NCBI RefSeq assembly: GCF_008831285.2
Contig: NC_045138.2
Coordinates: 11,470,001-11,534,000 of the forward strand
DNA: 64,000 nucleotides
Source: Nymphaea colorata
Lineage: Eukaryota
Direction: 5' to 3'
Below the pieces are notes generated by a model. The model had not been told where the DNA came from and ran no database searches. It was given only the letters and a program-made list of their open reading frames with translations. The translations under genes were made by a program, and so were the position numbers. This document shows positions 39,401 through 51,800 of this stretch, in pieces (the stretch's first letter is position 1; each line of letters opens with the position of its first letter).

Positions 39401-42400
39401 AGTCTTGCTTAACATACAAGAGACCCTTGTCAGGGCTCCTCTTTAAGTTGATAAGATTAGAAAGAATAATATTGATTAACCTCGAAATCTGCCCTAACTC
39501 CTCTTTATATAGACTAGAGGAGAGAGAGAAGTTACAAGAGAACCATCTAAAGGAAAAGTTATTACAAAAGTACCCTCTTAAACCTAAAACTGAATATAAA
39601 CACATCTTAACACTCCCCCTCAAGTTGGAGCGTATATGTCAAATAGGCTCAACTTGGAACAGCAGCTTTGGAATGTGGTCCCCTTGCAAGAGCCTTAGTA
39701 AAGATATCAGCCGTTTGCCCTGTAGTTGAAATGTGTGAGGTACTTACAAACCCCTTTTGAATCATGTCTCTGGTATAGTGACAATCTACTTCAACATGCT
39801 TGGTTCTTTCATGAAAAGCCGGATTAGTAGCAATAAACAGTGCAGCTTTGTTATCACATAACAGTTGCATAGGAAGAGGCACTTCGACATTTAGATCCAA
39901 CATCAGGGATCTAACCCACATAACTTCAGCAGTACCCTGAGCCATAGCTCTATATTCAGATTCTGCACTTGATCTGGCAACCACAGTTTGCTTCTTACTC
40001 TTCCATGTAACCAAGTTGGATCCAATAAACACACAAAATCCAGTAGTGGATTTTCTGTCCGAGGGGCATCCTGCATAGTCGGCATCAACATACACAGATA
40101 TAGTGAGTGAGGTACCATTCTGAAAGAAGAGTCCCGTTCTTGGTGAATTCTTTAGATACCTAAGAATCATCATAGCAGCATCCCAATGAACTTTCTTGGG
40201 CTTATCCATAAATTGACTCACTCTGCTAACAGCATAGGCAATGTCAGGTCGAGTAACAGTGATGTATAGGAGCTTCCCAACAATCCCTTTATACTGTCTC
40301 GCATCAACATCTTCAGTATCATCATCATACAAGCGGGTATTGATATCCATAGGCGTGGATGCAGGTCGACACCCCAGCATCCCTGTCTCTTGCAAAACAT
40401 CAGTAACGTATTTCCTCTGGCACATGATAAGGCCCTTTTGATTTCTGGCAAACTCAATACCGAGGAAATAACGTAGTTCACCAAGGTCCTTGGTGACAAA
40501 GTGTTGTCCAAGGACATCCTTGATGTTGGAAATCCCCTGATCATCATCCCCTGTAACAATGATATCATCAACATAGACAAGAACTATCACCGTACCTGTA
40601 GAAGTCTTCTTGACAAAGAGGGAATGGTCGGCCGAAGAACGTCTAAAGCCCTCATTCTCAATATTCTCTGACAATTTCTGAAACTAAGCTCGAGGACTCT
40701 GTTTCAGACCATAAATCGCCTTTCGCAATATGCACACTTTCTGACACTCCCCCTCAGCAACAAACCCTGGTGGTTGCTGCATATACACTTCTTCATGTAA
40801 GTCACCATAGAGAAAGGCATTTTTGATATCAAGCTGTGATAGGGACCAATTCTTGCTGACAGCCACAGCAAGGAGAATCCGTAAAGAAGCATGTCGTGCC
40901 ACAGGAGAGAAGGTATCATAATAATCAACCCCATAAGTTTGAGTATAGCCTTTTGCAACCAGACGAGCCTTATATCTGTCAATGCTGCCATCCGCGCTGT
41001 ATTTGATAGTAAAGACCCATCTGCAACCAACAATGGCTGCATCAGCTGAAGGAGTAACAAGTGTCCAGGTGCCTCTAGACTGAAGAGCATCCATCTCTTC
41101 TTGCATAGCTGCGGCCCATTTGGGATCAGAGAGAGCATCCATGGGATTCTGTGGAAGAGCAATAGCCGACAGCCCCTTGACAAACTGTCGGTACATAGGA
41201 GTGAGTCTATCCATGGATAAATGACCAGAGATAGGATGCAAAGTGCAACTGCGTTTGCCTTTCCTTTGAGCAATGGGCATATCAAGTTCATTAGGAGCAT
41301 GAACATGCTCGTGACATTCTCCTATGTCATCATTACATAAAAAATTGTCAGCTGAGTTTGTGTCAGGAATTACCTTGGGCGTGCTGGGTGAAGGCACAGG
41401 TGCACAGTGAACAGGCGCAACAGGTTTAGTACGACGTTGGTAGACAGCCCCAAAGCGTGGATCAACTGGTTTTGGACAACTCATGAGAGGTAGAGGAAAA
41501 TGGACTTCATCATTCAATTCAGGCGCCCTTAATTGAGTTCCATTTGGAGAGAAGAAAGAGGTTGATTCAAAGAATGTAACATCAGCACTCACATAATACC
41601 GACGATTAGAAGGATCATAACATCGATATCCCTTTTGAGTGCGGGAATAACCAACAAAGATCGTTTTGATGGCCCGAGGAGACAACTTATCTCGCCCAGG
41701 ACCAAGCAACTGAACAAAGGCAACACATCCAAAAACACGAGGTGGAACAGAAAACAAGTCTCTGTCAGGAAAGAGGACAGAGATAGGAATAAGGTCTCCC
41801 AACACAGATGACGGCATTCGATTAATAAGATAGCATGCTGTGAGAACAGCATCTCCCCAGTAAGAATGGGGAACATGGCTATGTATGATAATGGTTCTGG
41901 CAACATCAAGAATATGACGGTGTTTCCGTTCAGCAACCCCATTTTGTTGGGAAGTATAGGCACAAGAGGTTTGGTGGATGATACCCTTATCCCTGAAAAA
42001 TTGTTCTAAAGAGGAAGCACAGAACTCAAGAGCATTGTCAGAGCGCACAATTTTGACACAAGTATCAAACTGAGTCAGAATTTCATTGATAAAATTTTTG
42101 ATTACATGACCCACTTCAGATTTATGCTTCATAAGAAAAACCCAACTAACACGACTATGGTCATCGACAGCAACAAGATAATATCGATGACCTTGAAGAT
42201 CAGGTGTACGACTCGGACCCCAAACATCAAAATGAAGTAACTCAAACACAGAATGGCTACTTCTACTGGGCCGCGGAGGAAAGGATGACCGATGGTGTTT
42301 GCCCAACTGACAAGACTCGCATTGAAAAGAAGACTTAGGAGACAGCTGAGGAAGAACATGCAGCAGTTTTTGAAACGGTAGATGTCCAAAACGTAGATGC

Positions 42401-45400
42401 CAAGTATAAGCCGAGGATGAGGACGACCCTGCAGAGGTAGACCCAGCAAAGGGAAAGGGATGCACTAGCCTGTAAAGACCTCCCTGTTCACGGCCACTGC
42501 CAATCACCCTGCCCGTCAGTATATCCTGAAACACAAGAGAAGAGGAGTCAAATATCGCACGACAGTTTAAATCTCTGGTAATCTGACTGATAGATAGTAG
42601 ACTATGTGGGAATTCTGGTGCATGAAGAACATGTTGCAACGGTAATGATGAAGTAAGTTGGACCTCTCCAAGTCCAACAACTGGAGAATATTTGCCATCT
42701 GCTAGAATAACCGAGCGACCAGGTGGAGTAGGGACATAAGAAGTAAACTGTGCCTTGTCTCCACAGAGATGTGTCGATGCACCCGAATCAATGAGCCAAT
42801 CTGTAGTGTCAGAATACATACCAGATGAAGATGCACTGGCAGCAGTAGTGATAGTAGAGGTGGTCGGATCAGGAGCTTGTTGAGGTCTATCTCCAATCAA
42901 ATTTCTCAACTGAGAGATAATATCATCTGCACGTAACTCACTGGAGGAAACAGTATGCTGAGTCTTAGGCTGCTCTGGAGAATCAGTAAATACAGTCTGA
43001 TTGGCAACAGCTGGACGACCATGTTTCTGCCAACACTTATCCACAGTGTGACCAATGCGATGACAAAACTGACATACTGGGCGCAAAGGGGTATTGCCAC
43101 GGCCACGGTATCCTCGTCCTCTGGCAAAGAGGGACCCACCTCTGCCACGAGTAGCAAGCATAGCAGAAGTGGTATCAAGAACAGTCGATGAAGGGATTGG
43201 AATTCTGCTTAGCCTACTATAAGCTTCATCAATAGGAGGAATCGAGGGACTAGTGAGCATCTGATTCTTTGCTGATTTATAAACAGAGTCTAATCCAGAC
43301 AGAAATACTCCGACCATAAGCATATCTCTGTATGCCTTTTGTTGTTCACACTTACATGTAGGAAAGTAGCTATTTAGTCTCTCAAACATGGACTTGAGAC
43401 TAGAATAATAAGTATGAAGAGGTCGACCATCTTGGCACATCTGATGAATATCATGATGAAGCTGCATAATTCTTGTTTCATTCCTTGCTTGTGAATAGGT
43501 GGCTGCAAGGGAATCCCACATATCCTTTGCACTTTCCTTATGCAGGACTTCATTTGCAATGTCTTGAGTAAGAGTACCAACAATCCATACCATAACCAAC
43601 GAATTATCTTTAAACCAAGTAGTATATTTTCCTACCTTCTGTACGGGCTCGGGCTCTAATATAAGATGTTCCTTCTCATGAGCGATCAAGGTTCTTTTTA
43701 CTTGCATGGCCCACATCTCGTAATTACCCCCATCCATTTTGGTGATAATGCTGGAAAATGGGGAACTCTTCATCTCTCCCGACGACACAAAGGAAGAGGT
43801 ATTAGCGCCACTGCTAATTTCAGACATCGCTCAACACAAAGGAGGAAACCGAGCCACGGAATAGGAAGTGCAGGCAAAAGAAGACAGTCACATATCGAAA
43901 GACAACATGCTGATCATGAAGCAATATGCAGTTAACGCAGGCAGCAATCCATAAGTCTGATCGGCTGGAAGAGGCAACAACAGAGCTGAACGAAGAGAGA
44001 TACCAGAGACGACAGCGAAGACGCTGAGAGGAAAATCAGCGTGCAGAGCAGCGGCGGAGCAGCGGAGGAGCAGTGGAGACAGCAGCGGCGATGCAGCGTG
44101 CAGCGGCGATGCAGCAGCGACGGACGGCGGCGGCGGGCGGAGATGACAGCCACGGCGGGCAGCGGCGAAGATGACAGCAACGGCGGGCGGAGGCGTCGGG
44201 CAGAGAGGACAGCGACGGGCGGAGGCGTCGGGTGGAGAGGTCAGGACAGCGACGGGCGGAGGCGTCGGGTGGAGAGGTCAGCGACGGGCGGAGATGGGTG
44301 GACACGAGCGGGCGGAGGAAGCGCAGCGATGGGCGCGGTCAGGCGGCGGGTGGCGCCACTCAATCGGCGCGCCGAGGAGGAGGAGACGGCTGCAGCTCTG
44401 ATACCATGATAAGATTAGAAAGAATAATATTGATTAACCTCGAAATCTGCCCTAACTCCTCTTTATATAGACTAGAGGAGAGAGAGAAGTTACAAGAGAA
44501 CCATCTAAAGGAAAAGTTATTACAAAAGTACCCTCTTAAACCTAAAACTGAATATAAACACATCTTAACATAAGTAACATAAGATCCTATCAACTGCCTT
44601 TAAGCATGCATAAATTGATTCATCACATTCACAGCAAAATAATATCAGGTCTAGTAAGAGTGAGATAAATCAACTTCTCAACAAGACATTGATATCTTCT
44701 CTTTGCTTCTTCACAGAGGGACTCCCCATATCTGAGGCTAAGTTTGTTTCCAACATCTATAGGAGTAGAAGCAGGTCTAAACCCAAGTTTTTCAGTCTCC
44801 TTTAATAAATCTAGGGTGTACTTTCTTTGATTTAACACAAGACTTATGTCTGACCTAGCAATTTCAATGCCAAGGAAATATTTTAACTTGCCAAGGTCCT
44901 TGAGGTCAAACTCGATTGCCAACAGTTTTTTTTAACTTCGTTATTTCATCTTCATCATTACCTATGACAATCATATCATCAACATATACCAATAGAAGAG
45001 TTACCTTGTGGTCCTCTCTCTTTACATAGAGCGTGATCCTCATTCCTTTGAAGATATTCATATTGTCTCATTACAAGTCTGAGTCGTTCAAACCATGCCC
45101 GAGGAAATTGCTTGAGCCTATACAAGGCATTCTTCAACCTGCAATATTTTCCATGTTCCTCATATCCTGAAGGCATGAACATATATACTTCCTCTTCAAG
45201 GTCTCCATGTAGAAAATGCATTCTTAACATCTAGTTGGTAGATCTTCCACTCCTTTACTATTGCTAAGGAGAGGATAACTCTGACGGTCTTCATCTTAGC
45301 AACATGAGCAAACGTTTCCAAGTAGTCAATCCCATATTTTCTAACTAAACCCCTTGGCAACCAAGCGAGCTTTGTACCTATCCACACTTCCATCTGGCTT

Positions 45401-48400
45401 ATATTTAATGTTGTACCCACTTGGATCTTATAAGATGAGCCGCTTCAGCGATATTTACCACCTCCCATGTTCTATTTTTATTCAGTGCTTCCATTTTTTT
45501 CTTGCATCAAATGGGCCCACTTTGGATTACTCTGAGCCTCAGTAATATACCTAGGAATCACAGCCATGGAAAGAGAAGATATAAAACAATTGCAGTTCTT
45601 GCTCAATTTAGAATATGATATGAAATTACCAATAGGGTGTTGAGTACATGACCTAATACCCTTTATAAGAGCAATGGGTAATTCTTCATTTTCAGCTTCT
45701 ATCTGACTACCCCCGACTGACATCTCACTAGCATGACTTGGGTCATCCAGGGAAAGTGTAGGATTAGGATTGGGATCAGGGTCATCAGTCAACCCACCAG
45801 CTAACTCTGTTTCAGCCGATCTTCTTTTGGAGTAAACCTGCCCAAACAAGCGGTCATGCTCCTCATCATTTCCAGTTGAGCAATCATCATCCTTTTTGTG
45901 CTCTAGAAGGCATGTAAACTCTTTTTTGTACTTCAGAAAGTCTATAAACTGAATCTCTTAATTTAGAGAATACTCTTCCCTTCATGTGGACCTCTCCCCC
46001 TGAAGAGAACTCTCACCAAAATAGGAAACATGTTTTAGGAATGAGACATCTTTGTTACATATACATGGCCAGTTGAAGGGTCTAGACACTTATATCCTTT
46101 TTTAGTAGGAGAGTAACCAAGAAACACACCCTTAATTGACCTGGGATCAAGTTTTTTGATATTGGGACCGTGATTGTGGATAAAACAGACGCAGTGAAAA
46201 ACCCAAGATGGAAGAGAAATAGGTTCACAACTCCTTGCTAGCATAGAATGAGGTGTACGTCCATTCAACACACGACTAGGCTTACGGTTAATCAAATACG
46301 GACTGGTTAGCACAGCATCCCCCCAATACTTCTTTGGAAGATGTCATTGGAATAAGAGAGCTTTGGTGACATTTAGCAACTGATGAATCTTTCATTCAGC
46401 AACCCCATTTTGAGGAAAGATATAACTACAGATGTCTCATGAACAATCTATCTTTGCCAAAAGAAACTGTCGACAAAACAACACGTATACTCTCATGCAT
46501 TGTCAGACCGGAAGGTCTCAACGGAAGCTGTACGTTGAGTTTCTAGAAGAATGATGAAGGTCTCAATGACATTAGGCACTTCACTACGGTCTTTCAGCAA
46601 GTACACAAAGGTGTTCTAAGAGTAATCATCTATAAATATAATAAAACACTGAAATTCATTACAAGAGAGAGTTCCAAAAGACCCCTACACATCCGAATGG
46701 ATGAAAGCAAATACTTTATTAGAACGACTTATAGAAACAAGGTACGAAGCCCTAACATGTTTAGCTAGATGGCAAACATCACATGATAGCATGGTTATAT
46801 CTAAACTGGAAAATAAGTCAGGAAACAACTGTCTAAGCACTCCGAATGAAAGATGCCCAAGTCTCTCATGCCACCGCAAGAAAAGCTGAAGGAAGTCTTC
46901 TCTACTCTTCTTCGTCTTGTTAACCGCCGTCACGAGAGCTGTAGCAACACACATGGGTAATCAGTATAGACCCTCAGAAACCAAACCAATCCCAATCTTC
47001 TTTCCCGTCATCAAGTCGTGCAAACACAACAATTAGCAGAAAAAATAAGTTCACAATTCAATTCCTTTGTAGTCTTGCTAAGAGACAAGAGATTTAAGGT
47101 AAGGTGAGGAATATGTAAGGCATTATGGACTAAGAACTTGTTTAACAGTGATAGATGAACCATTGGCAAGAGAAACCCTTTCTTTCCCAAAAGAGAGCTT
47201 ATATTCATGAAAAACCTTAGAATTTTATGTCATGTGGTGCATAGCACCACTATCAACACTCCACTCTCCCACACAAGAATTACATTTTTCACTAGAGATT
47301 GCAAGGGCACGATTGATTTTACATCATCTGATGACTCAGCCTGACTAGTATCAATGCGACTCAGGTATGCACCAAGCTCATGAATCTGATCAACAGAGAT
47401 TGTTGGTTTCCCCACATCTGGATTTGCAATTTCAGAGGTAGACTTCTTCCTCATAGAATCTCTTCCACGGCTATTTTTCTTCTCAGGATGAAGATCCCAA
47501 CAAAATTCAATGGTGTGACCATATTTCTTACAGTGAGTACACTTCTGAGAGGGTTGAGGAGCCTCCATAGTTGCTCGGCTAACAAGGGCAGACCGCTCAG
47601 TGCATGAGGAACAAGCCCCTCCTTTCCTGTCATAACAAGATGTCGTTGGTCTTTAGCCTCAATGCGAGAATAGAATAGACATCCTCAATGATGACCATAT
47701 CTTATGATTTAAGAATTTGACTTCTAATGCCTTTGAAATCGTCATTCAGTCCAGCCAATAACATAAACACCCTGTTCTTCCATTCCTTGGCCCAATACCA
47801 CATCTAGTCTTGGGGACAATTCCAAGTATCCTCAGAGTAGTAGTCAACTTCCCATTTGGATTTTAGTGCCACATAAAAGTTAGCCACATAAAGCTCTCCT
47901 TGCCGTAGAGCATATACCTCTTTCATCAGATTCTGACCATACACTTGTTCTAAGATAAACCACGTATCTTTGGCAGTCCTCTTACGAAGAATGAGAGGTT
48001 GAATATCAGCTGACATAGAGTTGACAATCCAAGTTTTAACTTGGTTGTCCTTAAGAAACCACATGTTCCATGTTGAGCTAACCTCAGGTTCTTCCCATTG
48101 ACATAAGTAATCTTCCCCCGACCAGCAATTCCCATTGTAATAGCAGCGGACCAACGCAAATAATTATCTTTAGTGAGTCGAATAGTAGTGACTTGAACTA
48201 GAATAGTTTCAGTTTTGGAGACCCTAACATATGTCTGGTTAGTACTAACAGCCGATGAATCTGATTCAGCCATCACAATGTAGTAACTTAACAATCAAGA
48301 GCACATGAGGAAGCAGCTGCGGCATGCAACGACGCTGACAGCACCAACAATCAAACAAACGGCAGCTGTGCAGGCGTAGGCAGTTGCACAGACGATGGCG

Positions 48401-48774
48401 GCAGAAGCAGTAGAAGCAGGGAGTGATAGTAGACGGTTTTGGTGATGCAGGCTACAACAGTAGAAGATTTGGCGATGTAGGTGACGACATCACTCGAGCG
48501 ACGACAGAGGTGCTTAGGCGAAGTAGACTATGAGAGCGACAACAATTAGGACGGCAGCACAAAGTGTCGGCAATGGCAGACGAACCCCAAGGAAGGCGGC
48601 GGAAAGCATCGGTAGACGACAACGGCCAATGACAACGACAACAATAGGTAGGCAGCGGAAAGCATTGGCAATGGCAAAGGAAAGTGACGGGAGGAAGACA
48701 TGAGCGGCAACCCCACGACGATATCTAAGTTCCATGGCAATAGTGAAGACGGCAGGTGTTAGAATGTATGTATT

Positions 48775-48837
<63 letters not shown>

Positions 48838-51800
48838 GTATATTACATATATTAGTGTGCTAATATATGTCTTATATATATATAGATATGTGTATAGTTT
48901 AGGGTACTTAGGTCATGCTTGTATTTGCTTTTCTCTAAGAAAAAAATCTTGTAATCAAATGTGGTTCAAATATACTTAATTCATCATACAATTGATCCAT
49001 TTCAGCCACATAATCTTTAATGGATCTATCTCCTTGTTGGAGATTGTGAATTTTGAGTTGAACATTATGCATGTAGGCAACATCTCTCATGGTATGAGTT
49101 TTATTTATATACTCTCAAGCCTCTAGGGCAGAATTTAATTTAGAGATTTGCCCACTAATAGCATTGTCAACACAAGTCAAGATCCAAGTAATAATTTTGT
49201 GATGACCAACACTCCATTCTTCCCATTTCTTGTTGTATTCAGCCACTACTTTCTCTTTTTCGGTTCCGTCCAATTCCATAGCTCTTCCATCAACAACTTT
49301 AGTAAGGACTAGTTGTGGTTCAAGTTTTGTCCCATCAAACTAGTCCCCAAAGGCTTTTACTACGAATAAAATGTTTCATAGTTCTAGCCCATTGTATATA
49401 ATTTGTTGATGAGAGTTTGGGAAATGGAAGAGAAGAGACTTTGTCATCCATGAGCACAATCAACAAGGTAGATCCACTTACAAGTTATGAAGAAGCTAGC
49501 TGCCACGTGAAAAGAAGTCCACGGCAAGGATAAAATCTCAGCAATAAAAGAAACCAGTCACCCTTCTTCTTGTGTAAAACTTGTATATTTGAGATGGCGA
49601 AAGAATGAAGAAAACAGCCACGAGAAATGAAAGCTTTTGACATGCAAAAAACAGCCACAATCTGTACCACCAAGGGAGCTAGATCACGTCACGAAAATCA
49701 CCAAAAGAGGCCAGCAAAACAGCACCTTCTTATGTCAAACTTCAGCCAGCAATAACGTCGAACACTTGGAGTGCTTCACGGCTCCAAAGAAAGAGTAAAA
49801 GCTGAAACTTCAAACTGAATGACAGCCAGATGAATAGCCAAAACCTTGCTCTGATACCATGTAAATCAGGCCCAAACAAGACTAATGCTTCAATAATGTC
49901 ACACTTGAAGCTTCCTCCAACACAACAAAGTAATACTCAAGAGGCCACACCCAAGAGGAACAAAGAACATATATTGATTCTAATAAACACTACATGAAGT
50001 AGCTAAAAAGCCATAACAAAACAAGGGACTGCAGTCCCTTATTTATAATACAAGAATAGAAGAGAGGAGGAGGGGAGATGGCTGTTGGGCCATCTCCAAC
50101 GGCTAGAAATCTAGCCATTGGAGACAGGCCCAACAGCTAGTTCTCCTCTAAAAAATAATAAAAAACAAAAGAAAGGGAAAAGTACAAAAAGAAATAGAAA
50201 ATTACAAGCATGACCTAAGTACCCTAAACTATACACATATCTATATATATATAAGACATATATTAGCACACTAATATATGTAATATACATGCGTATAGAT
50301 ATATGTATATATATATAGGAATACATACATTCTAACAGCAGGAAGGGGCGACTAACGACAGCAAGCTGCAAAACTTCATGCCAAAGTGCAATGGCCAGCT
50401 GGATTATCGTCCAAAACAAAAACTCAGATACTTGGCTCTGATACCATGTTGAACAAAAAAACACACAAAGAACACAAATGTAACGTGGAAAACCCTCAAG
50501 ATGAGGAAAAAACCATGATGATAGGAGATGATTTCGACGCTCACTAGCTGCCGGTCACTCTCTCTCTTAATTCTCATTAACACTAAATTAGGGTTACAAA
50601 GTTTACTTAAATAGGACTCAACTTGGACTGCAGGTTGGATTGGGTGCAAACCCAAACCCAGTCACGTCAACAGTACCCTGTTCTAATGAAGTTGCAAGTT
50701 ATAAGTTCCAAGGCATACCAAGTTCGACCGGCATGCTGCTGAATAGGTCAACCCTCCATCCTCACTTATCGGTGCTCCCGATGAGGCCGCCTTTGCTGCA
50801 ATTGGTATCCCTGTGCTGCCCTTGCCGGTCTGCGAAAAGGGAGGGACCAGTCCAGTTGGCTTAGGTGTTGCCAATTGTACAACATGTCACTCCTGATAGG
50901 GTGTGGGATGAAAGGTTAGAGGTAGTTTGTGCATTTTTGGTTGGTCTAGAGCCAGTGTGCGGGGCTTGGTAGGTTCCAAGATAATAATTGAGGTTCAGTT
51001 AAGGGTAACATGGTTGACCTTGGAGAATTGAGGATGTAGATAGGGATGATTCGTCATGCATATATTCATAGCCCGAGGGGCCGAGCCTCGGGTCTTCGAT
51101 CAGATCCCAATAAGGATGGGTGGGACTTCAAATCATGACCTGTGGGGGGATGGGGGACAAGGTGGGAGCTCGATTCGCAATCCATAGCATATGAGGTCTT
51201 GACTTGGCTCAAAAGGAAACAGGAGTACTGTTGGGTTCTGATTTTGGCCTGGGTAGTCTTTGGCATTTCTCATCTAGACATGGGCAAGTGCTTGAGGTCG
51301 AGTTTAAGGGTGAACCTGAGCCCAACTCACGATAGGTTGCTTGAGGATTGGCCGAGGCTCCAAATTTGAATGTAGGAGTCCAAAAACCAGTTCCCAAGCT
51401 CTGAATCAGCTTAGTTGGTTCGAACCAAGTTGGGAAATCCATCCTGGTTTGGCATTTCAGTTTATTGTCGGGCTGAGTGGGTGGATATGGGTCCCAAGAT
51501 GGGACCCAACACGCATCTTGTCCTGCTAGGGTGTCGGCTGGGAGCTTGACAGTCTCTATGCACGAGGGCATATCCACAAGGAGTAGCAGCCCAATGAGGG
51601 CCACTAGTGGGTTGCCGGTGCGTGGCAGCCGTTTGGCAGGCTTGTCCCCCATCTAGCAACGCTCCCTCAATTCGTTGACAGCCCAGCCACCAACGGCTTG
51701 GGCACTGCACTCAGCAAAAGAGGGATTCCCCGTCTGTTTGGAAGTCGGCACCAATGGTGTTCTCCGGTGTGGCAGGTGACCGCCTGTCGGGCTTAGCATC

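Larger units (their letters stand above)
38673..50672 (-). mobile_element. Old Ty1/copia element related to E1 (E4), host of E5 and E6
   Basis: Diverged LTRs 38673-38906 and 50447-50672. TSD ATACC/GTACC (1 mismatch). PBS at 50435-50446. Fragmented gag-pol from ATG 48273 ([14 protein letters not shown]...) to about 38901, similar to the E1 proteins. Confidence 0.9.
37561..50752 (+). mobile_element. 5' fragment of a copia-like element (E7), interrupted by E4
   Basis: LTR-like 37561-37736 (TGTTG...CAACA) followed by PBS TGGTATCAGAGC at 37737-37748. An ORF from ATG 38650 (MGDSKDI) continues in frame after E4 at 50678 ([25 protein letters not shown], gag-start-like). The right end is approximate. 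Confidence 0.65.

Noticed and set aside
40684..40686. TAG in E5 as a programmed readthrough site
   Set aside because: It replaces the conserved Trp of KQSPRAW inside RT rather than lying at a gag-pol boundary. Similar TGG->stop changes occur in E1 and E2, consistent with G->A decay.
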